A stretch of DNA of 64,000 nucleotides from Candidatus Multivoradales bacterium (GCA_965248925.1 CBDFLE010000006.1:3392001-3456000), one strand, 5' to 3'; counted from the stretch's first letter, positions 29,653 through 42,116 are shown. Translations and numbers: made by a program. The notes: generated by a model from the letters alone, not told the origin.

Positions 29653-29904
29653 ATGAGTCATCCCAATCAGCCAGCCACCGTGTACTCCACCACCTGGTGC
29701 CCGGACTGTCACCGTGCCAAGGCATTCTTGAAATCCAACCAAATCGACTATCGCGAGATCGATATCGAAGCTACCCCCGGCGCCGGCGATCTGATCGCCG
29801 AGCACAACGATGGCAAACAGGTGGTGCCGACTCTCGAGATCGACGGCCGGTTCTATGGCAATCCGTCTTTACAGGAACTCGGCCAGCTGTTCGGCGTGAG
29901 CTGA
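29653..29904 (+). CDS. Glutaredoxin/mycoredoxin/NrdH-like redoxin
   Basis: VYSTTWCPDC and VVPTL motifs; AGGA RBS; the ORF-track extension to 29296 overlaps the promoter. Confidence 0.9.
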   Translation: MSHPNQPATVYSTTWCPDCHRAKAFLKSNQIDYREIDIEATPGAGDLIAEHNDGKQVVPTLEIDGRFYGNPSLQELGQLFGVS

Positions 29905-29959
29905 GCTGGCAGGCGCCGCCGCCCGAGTTCAAAATCAACTAGCCCAAAGGAGGCTTCCC

Positions 29960-30991
29960 GTGTCCATTCCAATCGCAGAAACCAAGGTCGACTTCGAGGC
30001 GCTCAACTTGAGCGCTGCCGAGCACCGCCGGGTGATCATCGTTGGTAGCGGCCCGGCGGGCTATACCGCTGCCCTCTACGCCGCTCGGGCCAGTCTCGAT
30101 GTGCTGGTCCTGCGTGGCGCCGAGCCCGGTGGCCAGCTGACCACCACTCCCGAAGTCGAGAACTACCCGGGCTTTGCCGAAGGGATCGGCGGCTTCGAGC
30201 TGATGGACCAGATCGAAGCTCAAGCCAAGCGCTTCGGTGCCGAGGTGCGCTACGGCACGGTAACGGCTGCCGATCTCGAGCAGCGGCCCTTTCGCTTGCA
30301 GGTCGACGGCAGCCAAGTCCTGCTGGCCGATGCGGTGATTCTCTCCACCGGCGCCTCGGCACGCTACCTGGGGCTCGACAACGAGAAGCGCCTGCTGGGC
30401 CGCGGGGTCTCGGCTTGCGCCACCTGCGACGGCGCCTTCTTCCGCGACCTTGAGGTGGCGGTGGTCGGCGGCGGTGACACCGCCCTCGAAGAAGCACTAT
30501 TTCTGACCCGCCTGGCCAGTCGGGTGCATCTGATCCATCGCCGTGGCGAGCTGCGCGGCTCGAAAATTCTGCAGCAGCGGCTGCTGAGCAACCCGAAGAT
30601 CGAAGTTCACTGGCACCGCCGGGTCCAGGACATTCTCGGTCAGGAGCGGACCTCGGGACTGCTGCTCGAAGATCCGCGCGGCGGCACGGAGGTCGAAGAG
30701 CTTGCCGTCGACGGGGTCTTCATCGCCATCGGCCACCGGCCCAACACCGACCTGGTCAGCGGCCAACTGAAGCTCGACGGGCAAGGCTACCTGGTCACCG
30801 AAGCCGACAGCGCCCGCACTTCCCGCGCCGGCGTCTTCGCCTGCGGCGATGTTCAGGACCCGGTCTACCGCCAGGCGATCACCGCCGCCGCCAGTGGCTG
30901 TATGGCCGCCCTCGATGCCGAGCGCTGGCTGGCCGTTGAGCAGCCTGAAGCAACAAGTTCCGCGATCGATCGGGTTACGGTCGCGGCTTGA
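29960..30991 (+). CDS. trxB: Thioredoxin-disulfide reductase
   Basis: [37 protein letters not shown] and GVFACGD motifs. Confidence 0.96.
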   Translation: MSIPIAETKVDFEALNLSAAEHRRVIIVGSGPAGYTAALYAARASLDVLVLRGAEPGGQLTTTPEVENYPGFAEGIGGFELMDQIEAQAKRFGAEVRYGTVTAADLEQRPFRLQVDGSQVLLADAVILSTGASARYLGLDNEKRLLGRGVSACATCDGAFFRDLEVAVVGGGDTALEEALFLTRLASRVHLIHRRGELRGSKILQQRLLSNPKIEVHWHRRVQDILGQERTSGLLLEDPRGGTEVEELAVDGVFIAIGHRPNTDLVSGQLKLDGQGYLVTEADSARTSRAGVFACGDVQDPVYRQAITAAASGCMAALDAERWLAVEQPEATSSAIDRVTVAA

Positions 30992-31008
30992 GGGCGTACA
31001 CTTCGGCG

Positions 31009-32517
<1,509 letters not shown>

Positions 32518-32569
32518 CCACCAGGACCGCGCCCTATCTGGCGTGGTTCGAGCAGCCCCAGCCCGCCCT

Positions 32570-32594
32570 GAACCCTAGAGCCTGCAGGCCGTAC
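32570..32594 (+). promoter_or_regulatory. Putative ECF sigma promoter GAACC-N15-CGTAC
   Basis: Directly upstream of AGGAG and ATG (32617); twin of the 26450-26474 motif. Confidence 0.5.
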
Positions 32595-32694
32595 TCACCT
32601 GGCAGGAGCCCACAACATGAACGCTGAATGGCCGTAACATCCCGCCAGCCAGGTCCGTCAACCCAACCGCAGCCAGCCGCCGTTCGGGCGTCGC

Positions 32695-34299
32695 GTGATC
32701 GGCCTGATGGCGCTGCTCAGTCTGTTCCTAGTGCCGGCGGCCGATGCCGACTCCACCGCCCTCGACCGTGCCTTCGAACGGTTCTGGGCGGCCGAGAAGC
32801 GGGGTGCGATGAGCCGCGCCAGCGAAGGGATTCTTGCCCTCGAGCCGGATTTTGCAGACCTCTTGGCGCGCCTGGAGGCCGGTCGCCCGTACTCGGATCG
32901 GGTCAAGACTGGTCGCCTGCTGCGCAGCCGCTTGACCCACTTTCACTATCTGCTGTTGGTGCCATCGAGCTATGATCCGGCGCGGCGCTACCCACTGCGC
33001 TTCTACCTCCATGGCGGCGTCAACCGGCCCGCACCCAGGCGCCGCGATGGCTCCTGGTGGCGGGGCGACCCCGAGGCGACTGACGAGGATCATCTGGTGG
33101 TCGTACCGGTGGCTTGGAACGAGGCCATGTGGTGGCACCAAAACCAGGCGGAGAGCCTGCCTGCCATTCTCCAGGCGGTTCGCCGGGAGTACAACGTGGA
33201 CGAGAACCGCACTTCGCTGCTCGGCATCTCGGACGGCGGTACCGGCGCCTATTTTCATGCCCTTACCGGCCCCACCCCGTGGGCTACCTTCGTGTCGTTG
33301 ATCGGCCACGCCCGAGTGCTGGCCAACCCGACCCTGGGGGTCAACAGCCAGTTGTACAGCAGCAACCTGGCCGGGAGAGCAATCTACGCCGTCAACGGTG
33401 GCAAGGACCCCCTCTATCCGACCGCTGTCGTCGAGCCAATGATGCGTCATTTCGCTGCCCTCGGCGCCGAGGTGGTGTTCCGCCCTAAGCCTCAGGCCGG
33501 TCACGATCTGAGCTGGCTGAGCGAAGAGCAACAAGCGATCGAGAGCTTCTTGAACAGCCATCCACGCGATCCCCTGCCAGACCGCCTTTCCTGGGAAACC
33601 GACAATGTCAAACGCCGCGGTCGCTACCACTGGCTGCGGATCACCGAGCTGGGCTCGACCCAAGGCGACAGCGAGCTGCCGGATCCGGATGTTTTTCCCA
33701 ACCTCCCCCAGCTCAACCTCGGCTTCCTGCCCGTGCGGCAGGAGTCGAGCCTTCCCGGGGTTCTGGTGGCCTCGGTCGAACGCCGCTCAGCGTCTGCCCG
33801 GGCCGGCATCAAGCCAGGGGACCGCCTGTTGCGGGTGGGCGAAACGCCCGTCGCCGATCTGCAAGCGCTGGCGACGGAGCTCGACCGACAGGGCAACTTT
33901 GGACAGACCCTCGACCTAACCATCGATCGCCAGGGCCGGCAGTTGCAACTCACCCTGCAACTGCCGGCAGCACCGCGGGGTCAAGCGCCAGCGCAGATCT
34001 TTCCCAGAAAGCGACCCACCGGCCGGGTCGATGTGGTGCGCAACGGCTCGCACATCGCAGCTCTCAGCCGTGGTGTTCGCCGCTTCAAGCTGCTCTTGTC
34101 ACCAAGGCAATTCGACCTTGCCCAGCCCATCCGAGTAACGGTCAACGGCCGCGTGGCTTTCCACGGCCAAGTGGTGATCGATCCCGCCACCTTATTGAGA
34201 CTAGCTGTGATCGACCAGGACCGCACCCAGCTCTACGCTGCCGAGTTGGAAATCGAGGTGCCGTCGATCCCGCCACCGCGGCCTGCTTCCTCCCACTGA
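32695..34299 (+). CDS. Secreted alpha/beta hydrolase (esterase-like) with PDZ domain
   Basis: YLHGG, GISDGG, GKD, GHD; PDZ SASARAGIKPGDRLLRVG; true start may be 32617 with an in-frame stop. Confidence 0.8.
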   Translation: MIGLMALLSLFLVPAADADSTALDRAFERFWAAEKRGAMSRASEGILALEPDFADLLARLEAGRPYSDRVKTGRLLRSRLTHFHYLLLVPSSYDPARRYPLRFYLHGGVNRPAPRRRDGSWWRGDPEATDEDHLVVVPVAWNEAMWWHQNQAESLPAILQAVRREYNVDENRTSLLGISDGGTGAYFHALTGPTPWATFVSLIGHARVLANPTLGVNSQLYSSNLAGRAIYAVNGGKDPLYPTAVVEPMMRHFAALGAEVVFRPKPQAGHDLSWLSEEQQAIESFLNSHPRDPLPDRLSWETDNVKRRGRYHWLRITELGSTQGDSELPDPDVFPNLPQLNLGFLPVRQESSLPGVLVASVERRSASARAGIKPGDRLLRVGETPVADLQALATELDRQGNFGQTLDLTIDRQGRQLQLTLQLPAAPRGQAPAQIFPRKRPTGRVDVVRNGSHIAALSRGVRRFKLLLSPRQFDLAQPIRVTVNGRVAFHGQVVIDPATLLRLAVIDQDRTQLYAAELEIEVPSIPPPRPASSH

Positions 34300-34545
34300 T
34301 ACATTAGCGGTTGGCACAGGCGTTAGCGCAAGGCGCTACCGGCGCTCTCACTTCCGGCGACGCAGATCCGCCCCTCAATTTGCGGCCAAGTACTTGCATG
34401 GCCGGCGGCCGCCAGAACTTGAAGCGCCAGATGCCAGTTAGTCGCGGTCGCACTCACGGTTGCCACCGGTCACGAACAACTGCTGGTCGAAAGCCTGCAT
34501 CGCCGTCGCGATCTTCTAATGGTGGCGTTCTGGCGGCTGGTCACT

Positions 34546-37500
34546 TCAAGGCTGATCCCTGGGCTTGCTGGCTTTTTGCGCTCCCGCCAAGCCACCCGTA
34601 TCGATCTTGCGCAACGCCGCCAGCAGATCTTTCAACATATCGAGATTCTTGAGCGTCTTATCTAGCTCATGCCGCAGCCGTTTGGCCTGGTTGCCGTCGG
34701 CGGCTTTGAGGGATTTGGCGAGGGCTTGGACGGCGGGCAGCAGGCTACTGTCGACGTTGCTGACCATGCGGGTGAGGATCTCGAGCACTCCACTGCCAAG
34801 GGTTTGAATGACTTGACCGCCTCGGGGGGCTGCTGCGATCGGCGTTTTGCGGACTGCGCTTTGTAAAGCGCTGCCGAGACCTTTGAGGCCGTGGTCGAGG
34901 AGTCTCTGAATTTCTTTCAGGTCGACCGCTGGCGGGATTGGGGCGGGTACTTGGGTCTCTGGGGCCGGCCGCTGGCTGACCTCGGCCAGGGCGGTCAAAG
35001 TGTTGTCGAGTTTCTTGATCCAGGGTTCGAGGGCGCTGCTGAGGTCTGGCCCGGTGGATTCGGCCGCGGGTTGGGCGGCTTGGGCGGCGGCCTGGTCGAG
35101 GGTGCGAGCCAGGCTTCCTAGCTGCTCGGACATCAGGCTTAGCTGGCCGACAACGCGGCTGGTGGGGTCGTCGTCACCGCCCATCGCTTGCACGCGGGCG
35201 AAGCCGCGTTTGATTTCTTCCCAGCGTTTGCTCTGTTCCGGAGTGAGGTGGCCGCGCAGCTCGGCTAGCTTCAGCAAGTTGGCTTCGGCGCCAGAGGTCA
35301 GGGTTTGGGCCTCGCCTTGGTAGTGATCGTCGATCAACGCTTCGAGTTCGGCTTGGTTCATTACCGGCACGACCTTTTCGGCCAGTTTGTTCATGTTGCG
35401 ATAGCTGCCCTGGAGTTGAAATTTGGGCTCGGTGCGGTAGGCGTCGTCTTGGGCGGCGGAGTCGATATATTGACGGTTGACCGCTAGCAGCACCTCTCGT
35501 ACTCGCAGAAGTTTGCTCAGCACGCTGAGCACTTCTTCGAGCTCGACGGCGGAGTAGGGGTGGTCGAGCTGATCGGGAGTTGTCGCGCTATCACCGCCGG
35601 CCATCCGCACTAGTTTGGCAATGTCGCCGCGCTCGCGACTGCCCAAGGGCGCTAGCACGGGGTTGGAGGTCAGGGCGTTCTCAAGGAAGCTGAGGGCAAA
35701 CAGATCACCTTTGCCCGCCAGGACGTCGCCCAGGTTGTAAACATCGGCGCGGTTGGCCAGCATGTCGGGAATCTGGAATTTATCTCCGGACTCGGTGTAG
35801 GGATTGCCCGCCATGGTGATGGCGAAGCGTTTGCCACGCAGGTCGTAAGTGCGGGCGCGGTCGCGCCACACTCCTTCCATGCGACGCTGGGCGTCGCAGA
35901 GGGAAATAAACTTTTGCAATAACTCGGGGTGGGTGTGCTGGATGTCGTCGAGGTAAAGCAGTACGTTGTTGCCCATCTCTAGGGCGAAGCTGATCTTCTC
36001 GACTTCTTGGCGCGCGGTGGCATTGGGCGCTTCGGCCGGGTCGAGGGAGGTGACGCCGTGGCCCAGGGCCGGGCCGTTTATCTTTACAAATACCAGGCCG
36101 AGGCGGTTGGCGATGTACTCCATTAGCGTTGTCTTGCCATAGCCCGGTGGCGAGATCAGCAGCAGCAGGCCCATCTGGTCGGTGCGTTTGTCCTCGCCGG
36201 TGGCGCCGAGCTGCTTGGCCAGGTTGTCGCCCACTAGCGGCAGGTAGACATCATTAATCAGCTGGTTGCGGACGAAGGCGCTCATTACTCGGGGGCGGAA
36301 CTCGTCGAGGCGCAGCCGCTGTTTTTCTTCTTCTAGCAGGCGGTGGCGGAGTTCCTGGAAGCGGCGGAAGCCGGGGATATGCTGGTCGCGGAAGACGGCG
36401 GTGCGGGCCAGCAGCTCGTCGAGGCGCAAGGGCAGGCAGCGCCTCTTTATGCGCGGATGTTGGCCCAGCAGACCCTCGACGGTGGCGCTCTGCTGGGCGA
36501 CCGAACTGTGGCGTTCGAGGTTGCCGTCGGTGAGCAGGGCAGTGACCGCTTCGTCGAGGGCGGGCGCCTGCTCAGCGAGTTTCGGGTCATTGGCGATCAG
36601 TGCCCCTAGCCAGGCAGTGGCTAGCTGGCGGCGCTCAGCCAGGGCGTCGCCGAGAGCTTCGAGATCGGTCAGCAAGCCCTTTTTTCCCTTGCCGAGCTCG
36701 CCTTGCAGTGCTTCGATCAAGCCTTGGGCGTCAGCGCTGAGCACGAAGCTCGGCCGCTCGACGCCGAGCACGGCGAAGAGGTAGGCGCCAGCGGTGTGGG
36801 CGTCGGCCTGGGCTAGCTCTAGGCGGTGGTCTTGGTGGAAGGTGGCAATGGCGGCGGCCAGCTCGCGGGTCAGTTCGCCGATCGCCGGGCTGTGGCGCAG
36901 AGTCTCGCGCAGCCGGGTCAGGCTGCGGGCGCGGCGATGCCAGCCGGCGGTTCTGGGATCGGCGCCCAGCTCGGCCCAGAAGAGGGCGGCGGCGGCACGA
37001 GGGCTGGCGGCAAAACGCAGCAGGCCGGCGGCGGCGCGTAGCTCGACCAGATGTTCGAGGATCCGCGCCGCGTCGTGATCGTGGACGCCGCGCTCGTAGC
37101 CCTCGTCGTAGCGTTGTCCGGCCAGTCGGCGCACCAACTCTAGTAAGCCGCCCTCTTGCAAGCGCGCCTCGCTGAGACTGTGCAGGTCGATTTCACCATC
37201 GCCCTGTTCGGCAGCGCGCAGGATCTCGCTGGCCAGGTACTCGCCGCGGTAGACCTGGTCGTTCTCGGAGATCAAGAGCTGGTGCCAGTAGTCGCGAGCG
37301 TCGTCGATTGCCGGGTCGTCGATGGGGGCGTGGAAATCGGTGCCGGTGAGGTAGAAGGCCATCGACTCGCCGCGGGGTACCAGGGTGAGGTCGAAGGGTT
37401 GGGTGTTGACACTGAAACGGTGCCGGCCGAGCTTGATGACGGTGGCGCCGTCTTCGAAGATGTCGCGCCGGTCGCGCATCGCCCGCGCGGCGTCTTCGCG

Positions 37501-40053
37501 CGCCGACTTGAGCTTCGAGGCGAGTTCTTCGGCGCGCACACTCTCGCCGAGCCCACGCAGCCGTTCGCCCAGGTCGCGCAGCTTCTCTACCATCGCGTCG
37601 CTGGCGAAGTAGGCGTTGAGCTGATCGGTGCTCTCGAAGCTGGCGCCGCGCCGGGTCACGCCGCTGAGAATGCGTTCGGCCGCCGCCAGCAAGCGCCCGG
37701 CTTGGCGTTGGCGCTGGTCGAGCAGGGTTTGCTTGCGTGAACTGAAGGCCTCGTAGACCTCTTCGCGCTTGGTCGCCAGCTCGTCCGTGAACTCGTCGAG
37801 TTCGCCGAAGCGGCTCTCCAGCTCTTCCAGCTGAAGCATCAACTTGGCCAGCTGAGCGTCGCATTTCTCCGGTGTGCCGGCCAGACCGAGAGCGCCGGTG
37901 ACCGCCTGGGCGAAGAGTTTGAACTGGGCGCCGAACTCGGCCTTGCCCTCCTCGGTGCGCAGCTCGCGGTGGCGGTTCTCGACCAACGCCCGAGCCCGGT
38001 TGAGCGTCGCCAGCACCTCGGAGATGGACTCTAGGATCTGGGTACGGACGGTGGCATCGTCGATGTCGAGCCCGCTGACCACTTCGGTGAGCAACTCCTG
38101 GTTGGCGCTGATCTGCGCCAGTTCGGTGGTGATTTGCTCGACTTCGCTGGCCTTGGTGGCGGTCTCGCCTTGTTCGGCGAGTTCGGCCAGCCGCTGGTGG
38201 TAGGGGGCCAAAGCGTCGTCGGCGAGGAGGAACTCGGTGGCTCTACCGGAGAGGGTTTCGATTTCTTCCAGCACCCGGGCTTCGAGACCAGCGATGCGCT
38301 GCAAATCGGCGTAGCGCACCTCCTGCAAGGAAATCAGGTGGCCGCGTTGGCGGCGTAGGCCGGCCAATGCCTCGACAAAGGGATCAATGCTGTCGATGGC
38401 GCTATGGCGCAGCTCGGACCACAGAGCCTCGAGGGTGCTTTCTGCCTCGTCCACCGCTGCTCGCGCCTGGCGCCGCAGGGCTTCGACCTTCTCGAATTCG
38501 TCGATGATCAGCTCGGCGCTGGCTCGTAGCTCGCCCAGCGGGGTGCCGAGGTCGCCGACTTCCTGGTGGCCGTACCAGTAGTAGTTGTCGGCAGCACGGG
38601 TGGCGGCGGCGATCAGCTCTTCGTAGATCGCCGCGCTGGGCTGCTGTTCGTCGACCATGCGGCGCAAGCTGAAGGCGTCGCTAATGCCGCGCACCAACTC
38701 GGCGTTGCCGACTTTGTCCAGGAACGAACCACTGGCTGGTGCCGCCGCGGCGTGCTCGTCGCTGGTGAAGGGGGTCTGCCAGATCTGCATCGGGTGAACC
38801 CGAGTGGGTTCGTCGGAGTCAGCGCGGAACACCACTAGCCGGCCGTCGCTGAAGAGGGAGTAGCCGTGGCAGTGGATCGGATTCTGCACTTCTTTGCGGA
38901 TCAGGTTGTAGGGCAGCAGGATCGAACGTCCTTCCTGGCGCTCGTGAAAGACGTAGAGCACATCTTCGCCGTTGGGTGATCGAACTCGGCGCAGAAACTC
39001 CATGTCGGCGACTTCGCCATCGAAGGCTTTGACCTCGCCGCTCTGTAAGGTGTAGCCGCCCGGAAAAACGATGCCGTGGTCCTCGGGCAGTTGCTGGCAG
39101 GCCTGGCCGATGGCGTCGAGCCGCACCACTGTCTGAGTGCGGGTGTTGAACACCAAGTAGCGGTGCTCGGCCTCTTTGTAAGGCAGCACCTCGATCAGGA
39201 TCAGCACCCCGAGCTGGGCCCAGCGGACGGTGGCGTCGGCCAGCGATTGGTTGGGCTCGTCGACCGGTTCACGGTAGATGCCGCGGCCGTCCTCGGTGTT
39301 GTCTTCGACCTTCACTGTCAAGTCGCCGCCGACGGTTTCGACGAACACTAAGTCGAGGATCGAGATGTGTGGATGGCGACCGAGGACGTGGTCGTCGCGG
39401 CTGGTTTCGGTCCACTCGAAGTCGTGGGCTGGTGGGAAGAGGTGATCGCGCTCGCCACGGTTGTCGAGGTAGGTGACCTCGCCTGCCGGGCTCACCGCCC
39501 AGCGGAATGCCTTGAGGTCGCCAGCTCCTGCGCCGATTTGGAACACCGCCACGATGCGCCCCCCGCTGCGCATCAACTGCAAGAGGCGAGTGTCTTTGTA
39601 GTAGCGGTAGAGTTCGTGGAACTCTCCTACGAAGCGCTTTTCGGCGAGGAAATTACCGGGCTCGTCGGTGGCCACCGGTTGGAAGGCAAAGCCATCTTCA
39701 GTGGCGGCGAAGCGGTAGAGGCTGAAGACATCGTCGATGCGGGTGTCCCGCTTCAGGCCGATGAAGACGTTGTAGCCGAAGAGCAGCAGCTCGCCGACCT
39801 CGATGATGTCGCGCGGCACCGAGTTGTTGTCGGTGCGGATGCGCTCGTTACCGATGACCTCCAGCTCGCTGCCGCCGAAAAGCTCAGTGCGCTGCTGATT
39901 GAGCTGGCCGGCCCGTTCACCGAGCCGGCTGGCGTGCTCCTCGAGCCGGGCGCGGAGGATCTCGTAGGTGCCCTGGTCGAGGCGCGGCGCGGCGTCCTCA
40001 GCTGCCCCGTCGGTCGCTGGTGTTGCCGCCGTGGGTGTCTTTTCCTCACTCAT
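34546..40053 (-). CDS. Large AAA+ ATPase ('DNA repair ATPase'/DUF3686-type)
   Basis: 1835 aa; N-terminal GTYEILRARL, long coiled coils, Walker A PPGYGKTT, Walker B LYLDDIQH; GAGG RBS. Confidence 0.88.
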   Translation of the reverse strand: MSEEKTPTAATPATDGAAEDAAPRLDQGTYEILRARLEEHASRLGERAGQLNQQRTELFGGSELEVIGNERIRTDNNSVPRDIIEVGELLLFGYNVFIGLKRDTRIDDVFSLYRFAATEDGFAFQPVATDEPGNFLAEKRFVGEFHELYRYYKDTRLLQLMRSGGRIVAVFQIGAGAGDLKAFRWAVSPAGEVTYLDNRGERDHLFPPAHDFEWTETSRDDHVLGRHPHISILDLVFVETVGGDLTVKVEDNTEDGRGIYREPVDEPNQSLADATVRWAQLGVLILIEVLPYKEAEHRYLVFNTRTQTVVRLDAIGQACQQLPEDHGIVFPGGYTLQSGEVKAFDGEVADMEFLRRVRSPNGEDVLYVFHERQEGRSILLPYNLIRKEVQNPIHCHGYSLFSDGRLVVFRADSDEPTRVHPMQIWQTPFTSDEHAAAAPASGSFLDKVGNAELVRGISDAFSLRRMVDEQQPSAAIYEELIAAATRAADNYYWYGHQEVGDLGTPLGELRASAELIIDEFEKVEALRRQARAAVDEAESTLEALWSELRHSAIDSIDPFVEALAGLRRQRGHLISLQEVRYADLQRIAGLEARVLEEIETLSGRATEFLLADDALAPYHQRLAELAEQGETATKASEVEQITTELAQISANQELLTEVVSGLDIDDATVRTQILESISEVLATLNRARALVENRHRELRTEEGKAEFGAQFKLFAQAVTGALGLAGTPEKCDAQLAKLMLQLEELESRFGELDEFTDELATKREEVYEAFSSRKQTLLDQRQRQAGRLLAAAERILSGVTRRGASFESTDQLNAYFASDAMVEKLRDLGERLRGLGESVRAEELASKLKSAREDAARAMRDRRDIFEDGATVIKLGRHRFSVNTQPFDLTLVPRGESMAFYLTGTDFHAPIDDPAIDDARDYWHQLLISENDQVYRGEYLASEILRAAEQGDGEIDLHSLSEARLQEGGLLELVRRLAGQRYDEGYERGVHDHDAARILEHLVELRAAAGLLRFAASPRAAAALFWAELGADPRTAGWHRRARSLTRLRETLRHSPAIGELTRELAAAIATFHQDHRLELAQADAHTAGAYLFAVLGVERPSFVLSADAQGLIEALQGELGKGKKGLLTDLEALGDALAERRQLATAWLGALIANDPKLAEQAPALDEAVTALLTDGNLERHSSVAQQSATVEGLLGQHPRIKRRCLPLRLDELLARTAVFRDQHIPGFRRFQELRHRLLEEEKQRLRLDEFRPRVMSAFVRNQLINDVYLPLVGDNLAKQLGATGEDKRTDQMGLLLLISPPGYGKTTLMEYIANRLGLVFVKINGPALGHGVTSLDPAEAPNATARQEVEKISFALEMGNNVLLYLDDIQHTHPELLQKFISLCDAQRRMEGVWRDRARTYDLRGKRFAITMAGNPYTESGDKFQIPDMLANRADVYNLGDVLAGKGDLFALSFLENALTSNPVLAPLGSRERGDIAKLVRMAGGDSATTPDQLDHPYSAVELEEVLSVLSKLLRVREVLLAVNRQYIDSAAQDDAYRTEPKFQLQGSYRNMNKLAEKVVPVMNQAELEALIDDHYQGEAQTLTSGAEANLLKLAELRGHLTPEQSKRWEEIKRGFARVQAMGGDDDPTSRVVGQLSLMSEQLGSLARTLDQAAAQAAQPAAESTGPDLSSALEPWIKKLDNTLTALAEVSQRPAPETQVPAPIPPAVDLKEIQRLLDHGLKGLGSALQSAVRKTPIAAAPRGGQVIQTLGSGVLEILTRMVSNVDSSLLPAVQALAKSLKAADGNQAKRLRHELDKTLKNLDMLKDLLAALRKIDTGGLAGAQKASKPRDQP

Positions 40054-40063
40054 GGCGCCCTCC

Positions 40064-42016
40064 TCAGGAGTCGCCGAGATCTGTCAGCTTGGCACTGCCG
40101 AGCCCCAGCTTTTGGGCGACTTCGGCCAACTCGCCGAGCTTCGCCTTTTGCTCGCCACCGCTAGTTGCCATCAGCTTCATCAACAACGCGGAAACGGTGA
40201 GGTTCTGCACCTCGCCGGGGGAGATAGCAGCGTTGGACAGCACATCCTTGAGATCGGCGGTTAGGCTTCTATCGCCCTGCAAGTAGTCGCGGAAAGCGGT
40301 CTGCACGGTACCGCTCTTGGAGACGAAGCCGTCGACCGCGCGGCCTGCCGACATGGCACCCACCAGGCGATCGAAGAACACGCTCTCACCACCGACGATA
40401 TCGATCTTGGCGTTTTCCAAGCCCTTGGAGATGATTTCGGCTTGAGCCTCGGCGATCTGCCGTTGGTTGTCGATCGCCGACAGTTCGATCTCTTTGCCGG
40501 CGGCGAGGCGCAGGCGATATTCCTCGTGCTCGCGGCTGGCGCCGTCGAGAGCTTTCATTGCCGCCGCCTTCTCGGTCAAACCGGCAGCTTCGCCTTTGAG
40601 CTTTTCTTCGATGGCGGTGGCTTCGGCGAGCCCGTGCTCGCGCAGCACCCGCGCCTTGGCCAGGCCCATCTTCTCGGTGGCTTCGGCGTCGCGATCTTTG
40701 ACTTCCACCGCTGCCAGGCCGGCGGCGGCGGTTTCCGCCTGGATGCCCTCGGCGAGGCGGATTTTGCCCTTGGCTAGGCGTTCGGTGGCTTGCAGCTCGG
40801 CGTCGGCCATCACCAGCAGTTCGCGGGCTTTGAACTCGGCTGCTTTCTCGGCTGCCTCAGCGGCCTTGATGTCTTTGACCAGCAACTCCTGGGCGGCGCC
40901 CTCGGCGGTGATGATGGTGGCTTGCTTGGTGCGATCGGCCTCCTCGACCATGCGCAGCCGTTTGATCTCTTCTTCCTTCTCGGCGACAGTGCAGTCCACC
41001 GCCACCCGCTCGCGGATGACGTTGGCGATTTCCCGTTTCTCGTACTCGACCTCTTTGTCTTTGGCGATGCGTTGCAGCTCGGTCTCGCGCTCGCGGGCGA
41101 TGACCTCGATCAAGCGGTCCTTCTCGACCCGCTCGGTTTCTACCGCCACCACCCGCTCGCGGTTCTTGGCCGCGACCTGGACCTCGCGGTCTAGATTTTC
41201 CTGCTGCACCGCCACGATCTCTTCGGTCTTCAGCCGTGCTTGCTCGGCTTTGAGCTGCTCTTCGGCCTGCACTTTCAAGGTCTCGGCTTGCTCGCGGGCT
41301 TGCACCGTCTGGATCTCGCGCTGCTGCCGGGCCAGGGCCTCGGCCTTCTGGCGCTCGAGTTCGAAGATCGCCTCGGCGGCTTCGACATCCTGCTTGGTGA
41401 TCTGTTTCTTTTCGGTATTCTGGAACTCGTTGGTGCGGACGTGTTCGATCGAAGTCAGCTCGGTGATTTTGCGGATTCCCTGGGCATCGAGAATGTTGAA
41501 TTCGTCGAGCTGCCGTAGCGGTGTCTGCTCGAGGTAGTCGATGGCAGCGTCTTCCAAGGAGTAACCGTTCAGGTCGGTGCCGATCAAATCGATGATCTGG
41601 TCGCGGAACTCGTTGCGCATGGTGTAGAGGTCAACGAAATCAAGCTGCTTGCCAACCGTCTTGAGGGCTTCTGAGAATTTGGCCGAGAAGAGCTGCTCCA
41701 TGGTCTGTTGGTCGGAAGCGCGCTCGCAGCCGATCGCCTGCGCCACTTTGATGACATCGTCGACGGTCTTATTGACCCGCACAAAAAAAGTAACTTTGAT
41801 GTCGGCGCGGATGTTGTCGCGGCAGATCAGACCTTCCGTTCCGCGGCGATCGATTTCGATCGTCTTGACCGAGATATCCATCATTTCCGCTTTATGGACC
41901 ACCGGCCAGACCATGCGGCCGGTGAAGCTCACGTTGACGCTCTCCGAACCCACGCGGCTGACGATCAGCGCGCGACCCTGTTTGACTTTGATGATTCCGA
42001 ATCCCAAAAGTGGCAT
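40064..42016 (-). CDS. Flotillin/SPFH family protein (YqiK-like)
   Basis: GLICRDNIRADIKVTFFVRVN and AIDYLEQT; long A/E/K coiled coil; GAGGAG RBS. Confidence 0.9.
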   Translation of the reverse strand: MPLLGFGIIKVKQGRALIVSRVGSESVNVSFTGRMVWPVVHKAEMMDISVKTIEIDRRGTEGLICRDNIRADIKVTFFVRVNKTVDDVIKVAQAIGCERASDQQTMEQLFSAKFSEALKTVGKQLDFVDLYTMRNEFRDQIIDLIGTDLNGYSLEDAAIDYLEQTPLRQLDEFNILDAQGIRKITELTSIEHVRTNEFQNTEKKQITKQDVEAAEAIFELERQKAEALARQQREIQTVQAREQAETLKVQAEEQLKAEQARLKTEEIVAVQQENLDREVQVAAKNRERVVAVETERVEKDRLIEVIARERETELQRIAKDKEVEYEKREIANVIRERVAVDCTVAEKEEEIKRLRMVEEADRTKQATIITAEGAAQELLVKDIKAAEAAEKAAEFKARELLVMADAELQATERLAKGKIRLAEGIQAETAAAGLAAVEVKDRDAEATEKMGLAKARVLREHGLAEATAIEEKLKGEAAGLTEKAAAMKALDGASREHEEYRLRLAAGKEIELSAIDNQRQIAEAQAEIISKGLENAKIDIVGGESVFFDRLVGAMSAGRAVDGFVSKSGTVQTAFRDYLQGDRSLTADLKDVLSNAAISPGEVQNLTVSALLMKLMATSGGEQKAKLGELAEVAQKLGLGSAKLTDLGDS

Positions 42017-42116
42017 CTGCGTCTCCTCTAGGCTGTGGTCGCTACCGGGCTATAGTTCGGTCCGAGAAGCGGGGTAAAGACTCAAGTGAAGTGCTGTTCC
42101 TGGGCGGCAGCCGTGA

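Noticed and set aside
34311-34327. TTGGCACAGGCGTTAGC as a sigma54 promoter
   Set aside because: Spacing is GG-N11-GC and it lies between convergent genes with nothing to drive
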